From Setoptus koraiensis (lineage: Eukaryota; Animalia; Arthropoda), in contig CM106586.1 in the NCBI GenBank assembly GCA_048013815.1, positions 8,122,001 through 8,186,000 of the forward strand: a stretch of 64,000 nt of DNA. The letters are read 5' to 3'. This document shows, piece by piece, positions 59,458 through 64,000 of this stretch. The notes beneath the pieces were generated by a model. It did no database searches and was not told the origin of the DNA. It saw only the letters and a program-made list of their open reading frames with translations. A program made the position numbers and the translations under genes. The first letter of the stretch is position 1. Each line of letters opens with the position of its first letter.

Positions 59458-62223
59458 ATGACACAATTGTCATCAGCCAAGCAAATGACGAGGCGCCATA
59501 GAAGGTCGGAGTGTTGGCCCAAGCAACCTCCAGTGGTCATAGATCACTATTTTGATACAATAAATTCAATATCAGCAGCAACATCGACAACGCCGCACCG
59601 AGACTCGTCCTCTTTCCATGTCCATCAATCAAATCGGATTTTCAACAAAAATCAAAATAATAATAATGCAAATAAGATGGATCCCGTATCATCATTCAGA
59701 CAGTTGACAACAACAACAACAACAACAACAAAAGATGATAACACTGACAAAGATAATAGGTGCCGGCTTAGAATGAAGCGACATGCCGATGATTATTACT
59801 CTTGCAATAAGAGCTGGCCAATAAGAGAGTCATTGAGGCATAATAATAACAGTAATGATAATACCTGTGGCGCTACATCGAATTGTTGGTCATTGTTATC
59901 GACACATCACACAAGCGACAACAATAACCCGACTTCATCTAGACTTTATCATTATAAAAATGATAAATCAAGTCAACAACAAAAATCATATCTAGGTCAT
60001 GAGAAAGTAAGACCTATAAAGTATACACATCCGACGAGTCCCATGAGAGATAATCATGACAAAGTGCAAACTTTGTTTCGTCTGCCACTGAAACAGGCGG
60101 CAACAAATTTGTTCAAGAAATCTTTTAGATTTAATCAGCAAAGATTAAATACCCAAAACTTATTAGTGATATTATTTGGTATAGTAGTATTAATTGGTGC
60201 TACTGGTGTACCAATTGATGGCCATGTCGCGGCAACTGCAAACAACAACAATGATAACAATAGTAACAATTACAATAGTATTAACGATAATAATAATAAT
60301 CACAACACACGTAATCATTTGGTTGAAGTGCATGAATATAACGATGCCATAATAACACCATTTATACAACCTGATGGACGATTCGGTGGCGCTCTTCTGG
60401 GTACCAGTCAGCACGATGATATCAAAAAGATTGTTGGCAGCACAAGAAAGATCGATCACCAGCATTTCAATGATGCCAGTGAAAGAACAGATCCAACACC
60501 GTCTAGCTCGAATGTCAACGATCACGTGGTATTCGACGAAGCGGCCTCTAGATTCATAGTAACCACTACAAAGAACGATCTGGGAAACGGACAACTGGCC
60601 GCGTTCAACAATGCACCGCAAATGACCACCACCAGCAACAACAATCTCCTATTGGCCAATTCGGTTGCTGAAACCGGAAACAGCATAAGCTTGTTACCTG
60701 GACAACAGATTCAGGTTGATTTGAATCCGATGCAGACTATGCGCCAACAGACGACCAATGGTCAATCATTCCAAGGGGATTATCAGTCGCTGTTTATGCC
60801 CGCCTTCATAGCTGGCTCTGTGGCCGGTTCTAATGTTGGTAGTGGCGGTGGTGGTAGCAGTATCAGCAGCAGCAACAACAATGCCAATATGCAACAACAG
60901 CAACAACTTTCAACTACACCAACTAATTTGCAACAATTGACGCAACAATCTATATCGCCGACGAGCATGACAACAGGTAGGCAAATGTCAACCTCAATGG
61001 CATCGTCGGGCATGTCGTCGCCATCGTCGTCGCCGCTGTCAGGTGATCAAGTTGAGCAATCGGTTTCGGGTACTTCGCCTATAGGCGCCGCAGAGACTGA
61101 AGAATCCATGATGGCAGCCGGTTCGCACAAGCACAAAAAGATGAAAAAGAAGAAAGAGAAGAAACACAAAGAATGGAAAAAGGGAAAGAAACACAAGAAG
61201 AAGAAATATGAATCAAAAAAGAAGAAGGGTGGAGCCATGAAAAAGAAAAAGGGTAAATAGCCGATTAATCTGATTATGATATACTGCAGGTTGCTGATTG
61301 AATTTGAACGATTGTCTCTAATTGCTGTAATGGCTCTTTTACGCTTATTTGCGAAACATATCATCACTTTACATCTACACCAAACAGGTAAAAAAGAGAA
61401 AAAGAAATGGGGCATGGAAAAGAAAGGTCACAAGAAGAAAGGAGCTTTCAAAAAGAAGAAGTAGGTGCATTATAGCGACAAATGATCAATGGGAATGACT
61501 AACAACAATGGGCCTTCTTTTGGCACGTTGTCAACTTCCTAGATTGATTTTGTTTGTTGATTGTTTTACTTGTTGCTTGCTTGCTCACGATAACTAGCAC
61601 CGCTAACTCTAATCCGTCTTGTTGTTTCCGTCGATGTAACTTTTGCGTCACAGGTGGGGCCATAAGAAAAAGTCGAAGAAGGGTAAAAAGGGCGCCAAGA
61701 AGGGCCACAAAATGTTCAAGGATAAGGGACACAAAAAGAAGGGTTTCAAGAAAGTGTATCACAAAGAGGAATGGGGCAAGAAGAAGAAATGGCACGATGT
61801 GAAGAGAGAGAAAAAGTGGAATTCGAAACACAAGAAATGGAAAAAGGAATGGAAACAAGAGAAAGGCAAGAAATACAAAGGCAAACATACCAAGAAGTAT
61901 CACAAGAAGAACAAGCACGGCAAGAAGTACAAGAAAGAAAAGAAGAGCAAATACAAGAAGCACAAGGGCGAAAAGTACAAGAAGGGCCACAAGAAGGTAA
62001 GTGAATCATCAACAGGTGAAAATGTAGCCGATAATGTGTTACATAATCAAGACAATAGCACTACTACACAACAACAATAACAAAAACAACTAATTAACGC
62101 ACATTAAAACCCTTTTTGTTGTATGCAACTAAATCTAAACAGAAAAAGGAATCTTATGCAAAGAAGAAAGAGGGAGGCAAGAAGAAGATGAAGAAGAAGG
62201 AATCAAAGAAGAAGAAGGGTTAA
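59458..62223 (+). CDS. Lys-rich DUF4779-like secreted/membrane protein; exons 59458-61252, 61388-61460, 61654-61996, 62143-62223 (up to 763 aa)
   Basis: Three GT-AG introns join the Lys-rich ORFs in frame. Hydrophobic segment LLVILFGIVVLIGATG. KGHKKKGFKKVYHKEEW resembles the arthropod DUF4779 core (KGHK.KGFH.VYHKDEY, recalled). Confidence 0.75.
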
Positions 62224-62721
62224 ACTGTTGGATAACGTCATTCAATAACAACAACAACAGCACACATAATTATATTCGACGCAATAATAATAGCAACAAT
62301 AATATTATTGATACACATCGCAGCATTAGTATCATCATTAATATGATCAACATCATTAGACACAACTATCTATATAAAGTAATATCAGAAGCAACAAAAA
62401 CATTATCATCAATGCTTTTGTCGGCCAGTAAACATTTTTTACCACCACCATCATTAAATGATGGTAAACATTACATGGTTAGGCACCAAACCGATTGGCA
62501 AGCAACCGGCTCACTAATATCCAGTATCGCATTATTCGCTGTGAACAAATGCGCACGAAGAAGCAATTCGTTCATATGATAATCATTATAATAACTGAAT
62601 ATTTCTATTTATTATTACGTTACTATTATTTTAAAATGTTTATTATTAAATCAATCAATTAATAATTATAATAATAGTGACAACAAAAAGTTTGAGCCGA
62701 AATGAGGCCACAATCCGCCGC

Positions 62722-64000
62722 TTAATTTTGTTGATTCTTTGACGCTTCGTGAATTTCCTCAGCCAGACTCTTGCCTCTAAACTTGGAAAATCTTCGCAAT
62801 CTCATCCTGTAGGATGAATTCCCTGTGACGGGTGTGTGATTCTGAGATATGTCCATGGACGATATGAGATTTATAGTTGGACCTAACAGGGCAAATCCAT
62901 CCAACTCATCACCACTTTCGGTTTGCTCATCTTTGGTATCGGCGAATTTTCGTTGAAGGCTAGAGAGGTGGCTGCTTTGTCTGGAGTTTTCACTGGACTG
63001 TTGTTGAGCTTGCTTGGTGACCGACGACGCAACTATCGGTGCTCTGAATGGTGGTGCTGAGCTAACCAACTGCATTGCTTTCTTTCTCATTTGGGTCTTG
63101 TTGGATTCCACAATATGAAAACTTTTTGATCTGTTAAAATTCAAATATGCTCGTTGCGCAGATTGATTATCATGTGAAATCTTACTTTTACTGTTGTGAG
63201 CGAATTGACCAGCTCTAGCCGGGCTCAGTAATAAATGACTATCTAATGAGACAGGTGGCGATTCAGTTAGCAGTGTGATGTTTGATAAGTCTTTCAAACT
63301 GTTGTCACATTGTTTGCTATTCTGTTCATTGACGCTTGGTCTAGCATTCAAGCTACTATACATCGTACCTTCCTGGTGAAAGCTTTCTGATCTTCTCAGG
63401 AAATTGTTCCGGATATTCTTGTTATTGCCAGAGACGCCACCAGCGTCTGGTTCAGCATTATTCATGGAATAAAAAGAACTGTATCGAGCAGTGGACTTTT
63501 GCGACGGCAACGACGACAAGCCGCTCGATCCATAGGTAAATGAAGTAGGCTGCGCTTGGTTGAATCCAACCGGATTGTTGGTTCGCAACGGCCCAAACAG
63601 TTTGTTGGGCCTCACAGCCGGCGTCACCGATTGAGAATACTGTCTTTGTTGTTGTTGATTCTTGTGTGCCTGTTGTTGCTGGTCGATCGAAATGTTGGCA
63701 TAATGATGACTGTTGCAATTGAACGGAAGGCTACGCAGTTGTGCCTCGTCTTCATCGTCATCTTGTTCCTCGTCCACTTGACATTGTTGATTTATTGAAT
63801 AAAGTGCACTGTTCCGAAAATTTGTCGCCATAGGCGCTATATTATCCTGATAATGTGTGAGCACCTTGGAAGATGAGGAATTTCTATTCACTTTGAACAA
63901 TGGTTGCGAGTGTGTCCTCTGTATGGACGGAAAGGAGACATTGTGTCCCATGTTGGCCATTATTCTGATAGGCTGGGCGCCAAGGGTAGCAATCCTATTG
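62722..64000 (-). CDS. Partial Ser/Gln/Asn-rich disordered protein; reading frame open to the window edge
   Basis: The 412-aa ORF continues in frame upstream of the listed ATG (NRIATLGAQPIRI) to position 64000. It has basophilic kinase-site-like motifs (RRSESF, RSKSF). No domain recognised. Confidence 0.6.
   Translation of the reverse strand, partial: NRIATLGAQPIRIMANMGHNVSFPSIQRTHSQPLFKVNRNSSSSKVLTHYQDNIAPMATNFRNSALYSINQQCQVDEEQDDDEDEAQLRSLPFNCNSHHYANISIDQQQQAHKNQQQQRQYSQSVTPAVRPNKLFGPLRTNNPVGFNQAQPTSFTYGSSGLSSLPSQKSTARYSSFYSMNNAEPDAGGVSGNNKNIRNNFLRRSESFHQEGTMYSSLNARPSVNEQNSKQCDNSLKDLSNITLLTESPPVSLDSHLLLSPARAGQFAHNSKSKISHDNQSAQRAYLNFNRSKSFHIVESNKTQMRKKAMQLVSSAPPFRAPIVASSVTKQAQQQSSENSRQSSHLSSLQRKFADTKDEQTESGDELDGFALLGPTINLISSMDISQNHTPVTGNSSYRMRLRRFSKFRGKSLAEEIHEASKNQQN

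Overview
Eukaryotic (arthropod) genomic DNA with spliceosomal introns. Inferred, not proven: a small-genome acariform mite, probably eriophyoid-like. The inference rests on very compact, intron-poor housekeeping genes, a tailless gene with no ligand-binding domain and a DUF4779-type arthropod protein. About 20 protein-coding genes can be supported. Left part: MRPL34 + NUBP2 (copy 1), tailless, a four-MBT Sfmbt/MBTD1-like gene, a histidine acid phosphatase and an acid sphingomyelinase with large low-complexity insertions. Dense block at about 25.8-56 kb: MRPL34 + NUBP2 (copy 2), SFT2, an orphan secreted protein, PSME4, PDP, POMT2, WDR74, a three-exon secreted Cys peptide not shown in the ORF track, VPS35L, MRPL50 and MPI. 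Right end: a four-exon Lys-rich DUF4779-like protein and a partial Ser-rich ORF. Best observations: (1) a 1.37 kb MRPL34-NUBP2 duplication with identical internal tracts but a diverged intron and diverged edges (gene-conversion-like), plus a third, decayed, inverted NUBP2 remnant at 47.1 kb; (2) tailless reduced to DNA-binding domain + polyQ/H; (3) an acid phosphatase lacking signal peptide, TM tail and several of the family's Cys; (4) a polycationic tail of about 50% Lys; (5) two orphan secreted proteins; (6) a probable GC-AG intron. I recognised no tRNA, rRNA, snRNA, CRISPR array, intact transposon or prokaryotic-type system. All assignments come from motif recognition by eye; no database searches were run.
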